A DNA stretch of 64,000 nt, taken from Paracoccaceae bacterium. Its GTDB lineage: Bacteria; Pseudomonadota; Alphaproteobacteria; Rhodobacterales; Rhodobacteraceae. Position numbers and translations under genes: made by a program. Where the stretch lies: contig JAIOYF010000004.1 of the NCBI GenBank assembly GCA_021741245.1, positions 350,990-414,989 of the forward strand. Reading direction: 5' to 3'. Below the pieces are notes generated by a model. It ran no database searches, was not told where the DNA came from, and saw nothing but the letters and a program-made list of their open reading frames with translations. Below are positions 27,909-37,291 of the stretch, one piece after another (the first letter of the stretch is position 1; each line of letters opens with the position of its first letter).

Positions 27909-29086
27909 CGTAATTCCCTTATCCCCCGGCCAATCCCGTCAAGCGTCATGGGCACCATGCGCTGGCCAAAGATCTGCTGGATAAGTCGCGTCGACTGGGT
28001 GTAATGCCAATGCGCCTCGGCCACGGGATTGATCCACAGGTGGTTGGGCCATTGCTGACAGGCGCGTTCCAACCAGACCTGACCGGCCTCGGGGTTCCAA
28101 TGTTCATTGGCCCCGCCGGGGTGCAAGATTTCATAGGGTGACATGCTGGCATCCCCCACAAAGATGCATTTGTAGTCGCTGCCATAGGTGCGCAAAACCT
28201 CCCACGTCGGGGTCTGCGCATCCCAACGGCGGTGGTTGTCGCGCCAGACGCCTTCATACAGGCAGTTGTGGAAATAGAACGGGACAAGGTGCTTGAACTC
28301 GGCCCGCGCGGCACTGAACAATTCCTCCATCACCTTGATATAGGGGTCCATGCTGCCGCCCACATCGAGGAACAGCAGCACCTTGACCGCATTGCGCCGC
28401 TCGGGCCTTGTCTGCACGTCAAGATAGCCATGGTCGGCGGTGGCGCGGATAGTGCCATCCAGATCCAGCTCATCCGCAGCCCCATCGCGCGCCCATTTGC
28501 GCAGACGGCGCAGCGCCACCTTTATGTTGCGGGTGCCTAATTCGACCTGATCATCAAGGTTGCGAAATTCGCGTTTGTCCCAGACCTTGACCGCGCGCTG
28601 GTGGCGGGATTGGTCTTGGCCGATGCGCACGCCTTCGGGATTGTAGCCATAGGCGCCAAAGGGGCTGGTGCCGGCCGTGCCCACCCATTTGCTGCCACCC
28701 TGATGACGGCCCTTTTGTTCCTCAAGCCGCTTGCGCAGGGTCTCCATCAACGCGTCAAAGCCACCAAGAGCCTTGATCGCGGCGCGTTCCTCGGCGCTCA
28801 GGTGTTTTTCGGCCAGCTTTTCCAGCCAATCCTTTGGCAGATCGACGGCCTGCAGGACCTGTTCCGGGGTGATTTGTTCAAGCCCCTGAAAACTATGCGC
28901 AAAGGCACGGTCAAAGCGGTCAAGGTGGCGCTCGTCCTTGACCATGACGGTGCGCGCCAAATAGTAAAAGCCATCGACGTCATAGGTTACCAGACCCGCC
29001 GACATGCCCTCAAGAAAACTCAGGTATTCGCGCAGCGATACCGGGATGCCTGCCGTTCGAAGGGTTTCGAAAAAGGGCAGGAACAT
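27905..29086 (-). CDS. VWA domain protein (CoxE-like partner of a MoxR ATPase)
   Basis: 393-aa ORF with a CoxE-like N-terminus (FFETLRTAGIPVSLREYL) and a VWA MIDAS-like LLFLDVGGSM motif. Confidence 0.8.
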   Translation of the reverse strand: MFLPFFETLRTAGIPVSLREYLSFLEGMSAGLVTYDVDGFYYLARTVMVKDERHLDRFDRAFAHSFQGLEQITPEQVLQAVDLPKDWLEKLAEKHLSAEERAAIKALGGFDALMETLRKRLEEQKGRHQGGSKWVGTAGTSPFGAYGYNPEGVRIGQDQSRHQRAVKVWDKREFRNLDDQVELGTRNIKVALRRLRKWARDGAADELDLDGTIRATADHGYLDVQTRPERRNAVKVLLFLDVGGSMDPYIKVMEELFSAARAEFKHLVPFYFHNCLYEGVWRDNHRRWDAQTPTWEVLRTYGSDYKCIFVGDASMSPYEILHPGGANEHWNPEAGQVWLERACQQWPNHLWINPVAEAHWHYTQSTRLIQQIFGQRMVPMTLDGIGRGIRELR

Positions 29087-29092
29087 CTTGGG

Positions 29093-29263
29093 TTACACCG
29101 CCAACATGCGATCCAGAAAGATCGTCACAAACATGCCCGTAAGCGCAAAGCAAATGCCAAAACCGGCTGCATATTGCAAAAGGTCCAGCGTATTCCCTCC
29201 CCGCTTTTTTGCCAGCCCGGCCCCAAAGATGGCCCCGAAAACCAGACCTGCCAAAACAATCAT
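29093..29263 (-). CDS. Unlisted 56-aa two-TM micro-protein
   Basis: Hand translation gives MIVLAGLVFGAIFGAGLAKKRGGNTLDLLQYAAGFGICFALTGMFVTIFLDRMLAV. AGGGG sits 8 nt upstream of the ATG. The stop is 6 nt before the VWA gene start. It falls below the 60-aa cut-off of the ORF track. Confidence 0.45.
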   Translation of the reverse strand: MIVLAGLVFGAIFGAGLAKKRGGNTLDLLQYAAGFGICFALTGMFVTIFLDRMLAV

Positions 29264-29320
29264 GCGCCAAACCCCTGCGTTATTCCTGCGGGGGCCTGTC
29301 CGGGCGAAGGCCCGGCCGTA

Positions 29321-30703
29321 TTACCCCCGACGCCCGCGCCGGGCCAGTGCGGCAATATCTGCCATACGTGCGCGGACCTGAGCATCTGAGCCAAAGGCAT
29401 AGCGCGCCCAGCTCTGACTGTCGAGACGTGCCGCCCGTGCTTCGCTGCTGCGTCCTGTCGCATCCAGTGCCTCGGAACGAATGGCCAGCATCGTGGCCAG
29501 AAGCGAGGCATTCTGGAACTGGCGCACAACTTTGATGCTGCGATCCGTCAGGGCGATGGCGTGATCAAATTGACCGGACGACAGGGCAAAGGCGGCCAAT
29601 TGCATATCGACATGGGCGGCGTGGATTTGCCCACCGGGTTGGGTGCGCCAGATCCGCGCGGCCTCGGTGTAGCTGGCGATTGCGGCGGGCAGGTCGCGAC
29701 CGGTCTGGGCGCGGCCAAGGGCGAAGTAGCTGAAGGCCAACCGACCATCGCGCCAACCTTGGGCCTTGGCAATGCTGAGCATGCGTTCCGCGGCGATCGG
29801 GCGGGCCGCCGCACTGCCACGAGAACCGAACGCCTCTTCGGCGGCCGAGATCCAGACGCGTGGGCTAAGCTGGCGGGCAGCACCTGCGCGGCTTTGACCG
29901 GCTGGGTTCAGGCGGGCGAGGATCCCGGGCAGGCGGGCAGCAACCTCAGCTTCATTCATGCCCGAGCGCAATTCAGGTGAATAATGGGTGCGCAACATCA
30001 GCATATCAAAGCCGGTCAGCACGGCATGAAAGTTGTCATCGTTGAACACCGAATCCGACAAGCGGAACAGGTCATTCAACGGGCCCATGGCCTGGGCCAA
30101 CTCCTCATGCAGGCAATCGCGGACTTCTTGCGGGCTGGTATCAGATGGCACGAACACGGCCACCTTTTCGCGCCGCGAAATTCTGGTCCAGTCAACCGCA
30201 ACCGTGCCGCGTGCCTTCATATAGGCATTAAAGGACGAGACATTGGGCACCACAAAACATGCGGCTGACGGAACCGCCCGGCGCAGATCAGACTTGGGGC
30301 GGAAATCAATGGTGATCGACCCCTGTCCGCCAGTGACCACGCTGACATTCAACCCGGCTTCCCTTTGAAAGCGGGAAACGACCTTGGCCAGTTCCGACCG
30401 TGCCGCAGGGGGCACGTCGCCTGTCATGGCAATGGTAATGGGCCCCTCAAACCGCGTCAGCACCGGCAGGGCGCGGCCACTTTCCATTCGGAATTCAAGG
30501 TCGAGAAAATCTGAAGCCATCTCGATATTCGAGCGGTTTGCCCCCACGGCAGGGCCGGACGCAAAGGTCTGCACGCTGGCATAGCCTTGATCCGTGATCG
30601 GGCTGTCAAGGTCGGTCTTTGACACCTGTGCCGTTGGTGTTGCGACACAGGCCGAGAGAACCGTCGTCAGCAAAAGGCTGGCAAGCATTGGAATTAGGCG
30701 CAT
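29321..30703 (-). CDS. Lipoprotein with a DUF2927-like N-terminal domain and a TPR-like C-terminal region
   Basis: Lipobox LLTTVLSAC. The central region resembles DUF2927 (RDCLHEELAQAMGPLND). The C-terminus is helical and repeat-like. Confidence 0.6.
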   Translation of the reverse strand: MRLIPMLASLLLTTVLSACVATPTAQVSKTDLDSPITDQGYASVQTFASGPAVGANRSNIEMASDFLDLEFRMESGRALPVLTRFEGPITIAMTGDVPPAARSELAKVVSRFQREAGLNVSVVTGGQGSITIDFRPKSDLRRAVPSAACFVVPNVSSFNAYMKARGTVAVDWTRISRREKVAVFVPSDTSPQEVRDCLHEELAQAMGPLNDLFRLSDSVFNDDNFHAVLTGFDMLMLRTHYSPELRSGMNEAEVAARLPGILARLNPAGQSRAGAARQLSPRVWISAAEEAFGSRGSAAARPIAAERMLSIAKAQGWRDGRLAFSYFALGRAQTGRDLPAAIASYTEAARIWRTQPGGQIHAAHVDMQLAAFALSSGQFDHAIALTDRSIKVVRQFQNASLLATMLAIRSEALDATGRSSEARAARLDSQSWARYAFGSDAQVRARMADIAALARRGRRG

Positions 30704-31268
30704 ATGAGTGGCAGCTCTGATGCGAGGGGGGGTGCGCAGACACCCCCGGTTTCAAGTGGCCTTGGTCCGCCGGGCAGATCCGGCTTTCCAAGGAACGGCT
30801 TCGTCTACGGGATCCCCCCAGACCCCGCCCCCCATCCCACGGCACATCGCTGCGCCAGTTGGGTGGAGAGAGTCTTTGGATGGTTGGCGCAGCCCCCGCT
30901 GCACCCGTCATCCCGCCAATTGCAAAAAGCCACGTCTTGCCCCCAAACCGCCCGTCGCCAACGCGAACCGGATCGTTTTCTGGGCGGGTGGCGACAGGAG
31001 CCATGAACGAAACCTTGATGCAGATCGGACTATGCTTAATCAACTTGGTCCGAATGTCCGCAAAGGGGCAGGTCTGTGTCAATGATGTGGATTCTTGTGC
31101 CGCCGCCCGAGTCTACCCATGGACAGGGCATCAGGGCAAACCACTCGATTTTCTCCTCTGCGCTCGCGAAATATTACTCTATATTACGGAAAAGTATGTA
31201 TGCGTTACCGCATTGTGTCAGAACTGTGGCTAAACCACGGCAACTACGCCCAATTTAGCACGGATTGA

Positions 31269-32108
31269 TCAACGATTCGAACGTGCCATAAAGGCAAGTC
31301 GTTCAAACAAGTGAACATCCTGTTCATTCTTCAAAAGTGCCCCGTGCAATCTTGGCAATTGCGCCTTGCCATCTCGGCGCAGGTCTTCGGGCGACAGGTC
31401 CTCGGCCAAAAGCAGTTTGAGCCAATCCAGAACCTCGCTGGTGGACGGCTTTTTCTTGAGTCCCGGCATGTCGCGCAGCTCAAAGAATTGCGTCAGGGCC
31501 GTTGTCAGCAGGGCGTCCTTGATCTGGGGAAAGTGCAGTTTGACGATGGCGCGCAGGGTGTCGGCATCGGGAAAGCGGATATAGTGAAAGAAACACCGGC
31601 GCAAAAAGGCGTCGGGCAGTTCCTTTTCATTGTTCGAGGTGATGATGACCACCGGGCGATGGCGGGCGCGGATCGTCTCACCCGTCTCATAGACATGGAA
31701 CTCCATCCGGTCGAGTTCTTGCAACAAATCGTTGGGAAATTCGATATCGGCCTTGTCCACCTCATCGATCAAAAGCACGACGCGGGCCTCGGTCTCAAAC
31801 GCCTGCCAGAGTTTGCCTTTGCGAATGTAGTTGCGCACATCATTCACCCGCGGATCGCCAAGCTGGCTGTCGCGCAGACGGCTGACGGCATCATATTCAT
31901 ACAGACCCTGCTGTGCCTTGGTCGTTGATTTTACATGCCATTCGATCAGCTCCATCCCAAGGGCCGCCGAAACCTGCCGGGCCAATTCCGTCTTTCCGGT
32001 CCCCGGTTCCCCTTTGACCAAAAGTGGACGTTGCAGGGTGACAGCCGCGTTGACTGCAACCGTGAGGTCATCCGTGGCGACGTAGCTCTCGGTAGAGGAG
32101 AATTTCAT
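31269..32108 (-). CDS. MoxR-like AAA+ ATPase
   Basis: Walker A GEPGTGKT, Walker B LLIDEVDK, and MoxR-type length. The ATG at 32108 (MKFSSTE) was verified. Confidence 0.88.
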   Translation of the reverse strand: MKFSSTESYVATDDLTVAVNAAVTLQRPLLVKGEPGTGKTELARQVSAALGMELIEWHVKSTTKAQQGLYEYDAVSRLRDSQLGDPRVNDVRNYIRKGKLWQAFETEARVVLLIDEVDKADIEFPNDLLQELDRMEFHVYETGETIRARHRPVVIITSNNEKELPDAFLRRCFFHYIRFPDADTLRAIVKLHFPQIKDALLTTALTQFFELRDMPGLKKKPSTSEVLDWLKLLLAEDLSPEDLRRDGKAQLPRLHGALLKNEQDVHLFERLAFMARSNR

Positions 32109-32225
32109 TTCTGCAGCTTCCCTTGGGCCTGATTCCGGCAAACCTAGTGTGGTCCAGAAAATGTCGCAACGCCTAGTGACAAGGGGTTGAAAAAGGGCTA
32201 GTTGCAGCCCCAACAGGAGTGCGCC

Positions 32226-32699
32226 ATGTCAGATGCCCACCTGGCAGCCCCTTCGGTATTTGAGGAGAAAGCTGCTATGAAGCCAGAAATGTTCCTTCCG
32301 GATGATTACCGTCCTGCCGAGGGGGAACCCTTCATGAACGAGCGGCAGCTTGAATATTTTCGCCGCAAGCTGGTGATATGGCGGCAAGAGCTGCTGGATC
32401 AAAGCGCTGAAACCATCGACAACCTGCAAGAGAGTGCACGAAGCGTGCCAGATCTGGCGGATCGCGCAAGCGAGGAAACCGATCGGGCCTTGGAGTTGCG
32501 GACGCGCGATCGCCAGCGCAAGTTGGTGGCCAAGATCGACGCGGCGCTGCGTCGGATCGAAAATGGCGAATATGGCTATTGCGAAGTGACGGGGGAGCCG
32601 ATCAGCCTCAAGCGGCTGGATGCGCGCCCAATTGCGACCATGACACTCGAAGCCCAGGAAAAGCATGAGCGCCGCGAAAAGGTGCACCGCGAAGACTGA
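32226..32699 (+). CDS. dksA: RNA polymerase-binding transcription factor DksA (Cys-poor variant)
   Basis: Coiled-coil tip DLADRA (DxxDxA) is present. The C-terminal region YGYCEVTGEPISLKRLDARP retains only 1 of the 4 zinc-finger Cys. Confidence 0.85.
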   Translation: MSDAHLAAPSVFEEKAAMKPEMFLPDDYRPAEGEPFMNERQLEYFRRKLVIWRQELLDQSAETIDNLQESARSVPDLADRASEETDRALELRTRDRQRKLVAKIDAALRRIENGEYGYCEVTGEPISLKRLDARPIATMTLEAQEKHERREKVHRED

Positions 32700-32811
32700 C
32701 CACTGTGTCGCAGTCCAACAGGGTTGTGGCGGCGGGGTTTGAGAGGGACAGTGACGCCGGGCCGGAAGGCTCGGCGTTTTTCATATGGCGAAGGCAGGCG
32801 GGGCGTTTGGC

Positions 32812-33996
32812 ATGAGCATGATCGGGCAGCGCATCACAGTTTTGGGGGCAGGCGTGGCGGGCCTTGCCGTGGCACAGGCCTTGGCCTTGCGCGGGGCGCA
32901 AGTCACGATCCTTGAGCAAGCCGATGCCATTCGTGAGGTTGGCGCAGGCCTGCAGGTCAGCCCCAACGGCGCTACGGTGTTGCGTGCCCTTGGCCTTGGC
33001 CCGGCGCTGGAGGCGGTGTCCCTTCGGGCAACCGCCGTGGAATTGCGCGACGGGCTTGACGGCGATGTTGTGACCCGGCTGGACGTGGGACGCCTACGGC
33101 CACAAGATGGCTACCATTTCGTTCACCGTGCCGACCTGATTTCGTTGCTGCTAAAGGGCGCGCGTGAGGCTGGGGTTGAGCTGCGGCTTTTGCAAAAGAT
33201 TGATCAGATTGATCTTTCAGGCCAGCAGCCCCGCTATGTCACCGCCTTGGGCGACGAGGCCGAGGTGGACTTTCTGATCGGCGCGGATGGTCTGCATTCA
33301 CCCTTGCGTCAGGCCCTGAATGGCAAGGTAGCGCCCTTCTTCACCCGGCAGGTCGCGTGGCGCGCCCTTGTGCCCTGCGAGGCGGGTGCAGAGCCCGTGG
33401 CCGAGGTGCATATGGGCCCCGGTCGACATCTGGTGAGCTATCCGCTGCGCGGCGGCACGCTGCGCAATATCGTGGCCGTCGAGGAACGCAATCGTTGGGT
33501 CGAAGAGGGCTGGAGCCTGCGCGATGATCCGATGGAATTGCGATTGGCGTTCGAGGAGTTTTCGCCCCGCGTGCGTGGCTGGCTGGATCAGGTCGAGGAT
33601 GTCTGGCTGTGGGGCCTGTTCCGCCATCCGGTCGCAAAGCGCTGGTTTGGGGTGCAGCCTGAAGGGGCTGCGGTTATCTTGGGGGATGCGGCCCATCCGA
33701 CACTGCCGTTCTTGGCCCAAGGGGCCAATATGGCGCTGGAGGATGCTTGGGTTCTGGCGGCCTCGCTGTCGGGGGCCGATACGATTGCGGCGGGGCTTGC
33801 CGCCTATCAATCCCAGCGCGCGCCCCGCACGGCAAGGATTGTCGAGGCGGCAAATCGCAATGCCCGCGCCTATCATTTGCGCGGACCGGTGCGGTCTGTG
33901 GCGCATCTTGGCCTGCGTCTTGGGGGCTGGATGGCCCCGGAACTGGCGTTGCGCCGATTCGATTGGCTTTATCATCATGATGTTACGGTTGGTTAA
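32812..33996 (+). CDS. FAD-dependent aromatic-ring monooxygenase (salicylate hydroxylase/UbiH-like)
   Basis: GxGxxG (VLGAGVAGLA), DG motif (LIGADGLHS) and GDAAHPTLPFLAQGANMALED. Confidence 0.8.
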   Translation: MSMIGQRITVLGAGVAGLAVAQALALRGAQVTILEQADAIREVGAGLQVSPNGATVLRALGLGPALEAVSLRATAVELRDGLDGDVVTRLDVGRLRPQDGYHFVHRADLISLLLKGAREAGVELRLLQKIDQIDLSGQQPRYVTALGDEAEVDFLIGADGLHSPLRQALNGKVAPFFTRQVAWRALVPCEAGAEPVAEVHMGPGRHLVSYPLRGGTLRNIVAVEERNRWVEEGWSLRDDPMELRLAFEEFSPRVRGWLDQVEDVWLWGLFRHPVAKRWFGVQPEGAAVILGDAAHPTLPFLAQGANMALEDAWVLAASLSGADTIAAGLAAYQSQRAPRTARIVEAANRNARAYHLRGPVRSVAHLGLRLGGWMAPELALRRFDWLYHHDVTVG

Positions 33997-34097
33997 GTAC
34001 ACAGGAAGGCAATGGCGTGGGTCTTGGCGATTGCCAAGCCGGGGAAAAGCGGAAACTCTACGGCCAACGTGAACCCGGGGCGCACAGCTTGACAAAA

Positions 34098-34778
34098 GTG
34101 AATACGGACAAACCTTCGTTGCTCATCCTCGATTGTGATGGGGTCTTGATCGACAGTGAGATCATCAGCGCCCGGATGCTGATTGAGGAACTGGCCGGCC
34201 TGGGGGTGGCGATTGACCTTGGCTATGTTGCGAAACATTTCCTCGGGCGCAGCTATCCCACGGTGATGGCCCAGATCCGGCGGGAATTCGGGCTGGAACT
34301 CCCCCCGGAATTCGAGGCGCGCTACCGCGAAAGGCTGCTTGCAGCCTTTGAGGCGCAGTTGCGGATCATGCCACATGTGGCCGAGGTGATCGCGGATCTG
34401 GGCGTTCCGGCCTGTGTCGCGACATCCTCCAGCCCGCGCCGGGTGGAATCCTCGCTGCGGCTTGTTGGCCTGTGGGATCGCTTGGGGGCCGTCACCTTTA
34501 CCGCCTCGCAGGTGGAGCGGGGCAAGCCCGCGCCCGATCTGTTCTTGTTTGCCGCCGCCCGCTTCGCTGTGCAGCCCGAAGAGTGTCTGGTGATCGAAGA
34601 CAGCTTGACGGGCATTCGGGCAGGGCTGGCTGCGGGGATGAAAGTCTGGCGTTTTACCGGTGGCAGCCATATGGGGCCCGACACGCCACCAGAACCCGAA
34701 GATGCCATACCCGACCTAAGGTTTGCGTCCTTTGCCGATTTCTATCAGATTGCCCCCCAACTCAAGAGGCAGCAATGA
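34098..34778 (+). CDS. HAD-superfamily hydrolase (beta-phosphoglucomutase-like subfamily)
   Basis: DCDGVLIDSE motif I and a C-terminal VIEDSLTGIRAG motif. A GTG start at 34098 is proposed. The stop overlaps the smoC start (ATGA). Confidence 0.7.
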   Translation: MNTDKPSLLILDCDGVLIDSEIISARMLIEELAGLGVAIDLGYVAKHFLGRSYPTVMAQIRREFGLELPPEFEARYRERLLAAFEAQLRIMPHVAEVIADLGVPACVATSSSPRRVESSLRLVGLWDRLGAVTFTASQVERGKPAPDLFLFAAARFAVQPEECLVIEDSLTGIRAGLAAGMKVWRFTGGSHMGPDTPPEPEDAIPDLRFASFADFYQIAPQLKRQQ

Positions 34779-35731
34779 GCCGTATCGAAACCGAACCCAC
34801 CTTGCTGGATGATGCCGCCCGGGCGGGCTGGATGTATTATGTCGGGGGGATGACGCAAGATCAGATCGCGGCGGAACTGGGCATCAGCCGTCAGCGGGCG
34901 CAGCGACTTGTCAGCCGGGCCATGATCGAAGGGCTGATCCATGTGCGGCTTAATCACCGCATCGGGGCCTGTCTGGATCTGGAGGCCGCATTGCGGGATC
35001 GTTTTGGCCTTGATCGTGCGCGGGTGATGCCATCCTTGGGCGCGGGTGCCGATCCGGTGCCTGCGATTGCCAGCGCCGCCGCGGCGGAGTTGGAGCGGTT
35101 CTTGCGCATGCCCGAGCCTTTGGTCATTGCCTTGGGAACCGGGCGGGCGATGCGGGGGATGGTCGATGCCTTGACGCCGATGGAGGCAGAGCAGCATCGT
35201 CTGGTGTCCTTGATCGGCAATATCGCGCCCGATGGCTCTGCCAGCTTTTTTGATGTTGTGATGCGGATCGCAGACAAGGTTCATGCTCCACACTACCCGA
35301 TGCCGGTGCCTGTGATCAGCCCCACACCCGAAGAAAACGCCGCCTTTCATGCCCTGCCACCAGTGCGCAAGGTGGTTGATCTGGCACAGCGGGCCGGGGT
35401 CGTCTTTGTCGGGGTGGGCCAGATGTCGGACGATGCACCGTTGTTGGCCGATGGCTTTGTGACTCGGGACGAGTTGGACGAGATGCAGGCGGCCGGTGCC
35501 GTCGGTGAAGTCGCGGGTTGGGTGTTTGATTCGGAGGGCGTCTATCTGGATGTTGGCACGAACCGCCGCACCGGAGGGGTCCGGGTAACGCCGAATCTTG
35601 ATCGCCCCTCGGTTGGAATTGCTGCGGGTGCATCCAAGGTCGCGGCAATTTTGGGGGCCTTGAAGTCCCGTATTATCAACAGTCTCGTCACGGACGAGCC
35701 CACCGCAAAGGCCCTTTTGGCCCGTCGCTGA
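34775..35731 (+). CDS. smoC: SorC/DeoR-type sugar-binding transcriptional regulator
   Basis: HTH region (MTQDQIAAELGISRQRAQRLV) plus a sugar-binding domain. It sits directly upstream of smoEFGK-smoS-mtlK, as in R. sphaeroides. Confidence 0.75.
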   Translation: MSRIETEPTLLDDAARAGWMYYVGGMTQDQIAAELGISRQRAQRLVSRAMIEGLIHVRLNHRIGACLDLEAALRDRFGLDRARVMPSLGAGADPVPAIASAAAAELERFLRMPEPLVIALGTGRAMRGMVDALTPMEAEQHRLVSLIGNIAPDGSASFFDVVMRIADKVHAPHYPMPVPVISPTPEENAAFHALPPVRKVVDLAQRAGVVFVGVGQMSDDAPLLADGFVTRDELDEMQAAGAVGEVAGWVFDSEGVYLDVGTNRRTGGVRVTPNLDRPSVGIAAGASKVAAILGALKSRIINSLVTDEPTAKALLARR

Positions 35732-35769
35732 TCCATCCCGACCAATGCAGTTGCGGCGGAAGAGGGGGG

Positions 35770-35798
35770 TTGACGCATTTATCCTTTCGTGAATAATT
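35770..35798 (+). promoter_or_regulatory. Putative sigma-70 promoter of the smo operon
   Basis: TTGACG (35770-35775), a 16-nt spacer, then AATAAT (35792-35797), in an AT-rich patch ~50 nt upstream of smoE. Confidence 0.35.
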
Positions 35799-35805
35799 GC
35801 TCATT

Positions 35806-35829
35806 AAGCGATGAAATGCTCAATCGCTT
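35806..35829. promoter_or_regulatory. Inverted repeat AAGCGAT-N10-ATCGCTT between the promoter and the smoE ribosome-binding site
   Basis: 7-bp perfect arms read directly from the sequence. It is a candidate operator for the adjacent SorC-type regulator. Confidence 0.3.
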
Positions 35830-35845
35830 CTTAGGGAGGTTACAT

Positions 35846-37159
35846 ATGAAAATGACGCTTCGCGCGCTGCTCGGCGCGACGGTTTCGTTTACCTTGGCGG
35901 GTGCCGCCATGGCCGAAACCACCATCACGGTTGCCACTGTCAACAATGGCGACATGATCCGTATGCAAGGCCTTATGGACGATTTCTATGCCAAGCACCC
36001 CGACATCAAGGTCGAGTGGGTCACGCTGGAAGAAAACGTCCTGCGCCAGAACGTCACCGCAGATATCGCCACCGGCGGTGGTCAGTATGACGTGGTCACC
36101 ATCGGCACCTATGAGGTTCCGATCTGGGCCAAGCAGAACTGGTTGGAAAGCCTGAACGATCTGCCAGCCGATTATGACATCGACGACCTGCTGCCGGCCA
36201 TCCGCGGCGGTCTGACGGTTGACGGCAATCTTTACGCCTCGCCGTTCTATGGCGAGTCGTCCTTTGTGAACTACCGCAAGGATCTGGCCGAAAAGGCTGG
36301 CGTCACTATTCCTGACGCGCCCACTTGGGACGACATCAAGGCCGCTGCGGCCGCGATGACTGACACGGATGCCGGCATCTATGGCATCTGCCTGCGCGGC
36401 AAGGCAGGCTGGGGCGAGAACATGGCCTTCCTGACCACCATGGCCAACAGCTATGGCGCGCGTTGGTTCGATGAAAACTGGAACCCCCAGTTCGACCAGC
36501 CAGAGTGGAAAGCGGTCATGACCGACTATGTCGAGTTGTTGACCAAATACGGTCCTCCGGGCGCATCGAACAACGGCTATAACGAGAACCTGACGCTCTC
36601 GTTGCAGGGCAAGTGCGCCATGCGCATGGACGCCACGGTTTCCGCCGGTTCGTTGACCGATCCCGCACAGTCCGAGTTTGCTGATCAAGTCGGATTTGCT
36701 TTGGCACCCGACATGGGCCTTGGCAAGCGCGCGAACTGGCTCTGGGCTTGGTCGCTGGCTATCCCTGCGTCCTCTGACGCCAAGGATGCTGCCAAAACCT
36801 TCGTGAACTGGGCAACCAACAAGGACTACATTGCCTTGGTCGCCTCGAAGGAAGGCTGGCGCAATGCACCTCCGGGAACGCGCACGTCGCTTTACGCCAA
36901 CGCGGAATATGCAGCGCTGCCGTTTGCCAAGATGACCATCGACTCGATCAACGCGGCTGATCCGACCAATCCGTCGGTCAAGCCAGTGCCGTATGTTGGC
37001 GTCCAGTTCGTGGCGATCCCCGAGTTTGCGGGTCTGGCCACGTCGGTTGGCGAAATCTTCTCGGCCGCTCTGGCAGGTCAGAAGTCGGTTGATGATGCTC
37101 TGGCAGAGGCGCAGGCCCTTGCTGTCAGCGAAATGACCTCGGCTGGCTACATCAAGTAA
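35846..37159 (+). CDS. smoE: Sorbitol/mannitol ABC transporter substrate-binding protein
   Basis: Signal peptide (ATVSFTLAGAAMA), SBP family 1 pattern, GGGAGG Shine-Dalgarno, and operon context. Confidence 0.85.
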   Translation: MKMTLRALLGATVSFTLAGAAMAETTITVATVNNGDMIRMQGLMDDFYAKHPDIKVEWVTLEENVLRQNVTADIATGGGQYDVVTIGTYEVPIWAKQNWLESLNDLPADYDIDDLLPAIRGGLTVDGNLYASPFYGESSFVNYRKDLAEKAGVTIPDAPTWDDIKAAAAAMTDTDAGIYGICLRGKAGWGENMAFLTTMANSYGARWFDENWNPQFDQPEWKAVMTDYVELLTKYGPPGASNNGYNENLTLSLQGKCAMRMDATVSAGSLTDPAQSEFADQVGFALAPDMGLGKRANWLWAWSLAIPASSDAKDAAKTFVNWATNKDYIALVASKEGWRNAPPGTRTSLYANAEYAALPFAKMTIDSINAADPTNPSVKPVPYVGVQFVAIPEFAGLATSVGEIFSAALAGQKSVDDALAEAQALAVSEMTSAGYIK

Positions 37160-37170
37160 GATTGGATAAT

Positions 37171-37231
37171 CCGGACGGTCCCCAGCCGTCCGGGTTTCCC
37201 ATCGTCCCCCGCACTTCCCAAGGAGCGGGGG
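37171..37231 (+). promoter_or_regulatory. Two intercistronic GC hairpins after the binding-protein gene
   Basis: CCGGACGG/CCGTCCGG (37171-37193) and CCCCCGC/GCGGGGG (37206-37231). Neither has a strong U-tract. Confidence 0.4.
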
Positions 37232-37291
37232 ACTTTGCCCGACACATCCCTTGGCACCCGGCACTCTCCCCAACTGCATAGGAGATACAAA

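Noticed and set aside
31003-31236. Cys-rich 77-aa frame (MNETLMQIGLCLINLV...CQNCG) in the 565-bp gap, with AGGAG nearby.
   Set aside because: The AGGAG is only 2 nt from the ATG. Third-position GC is low and codon usage is atypical for this genome, and there is no recognisable motif. It is kept only as part of the unexplained-gap finding.
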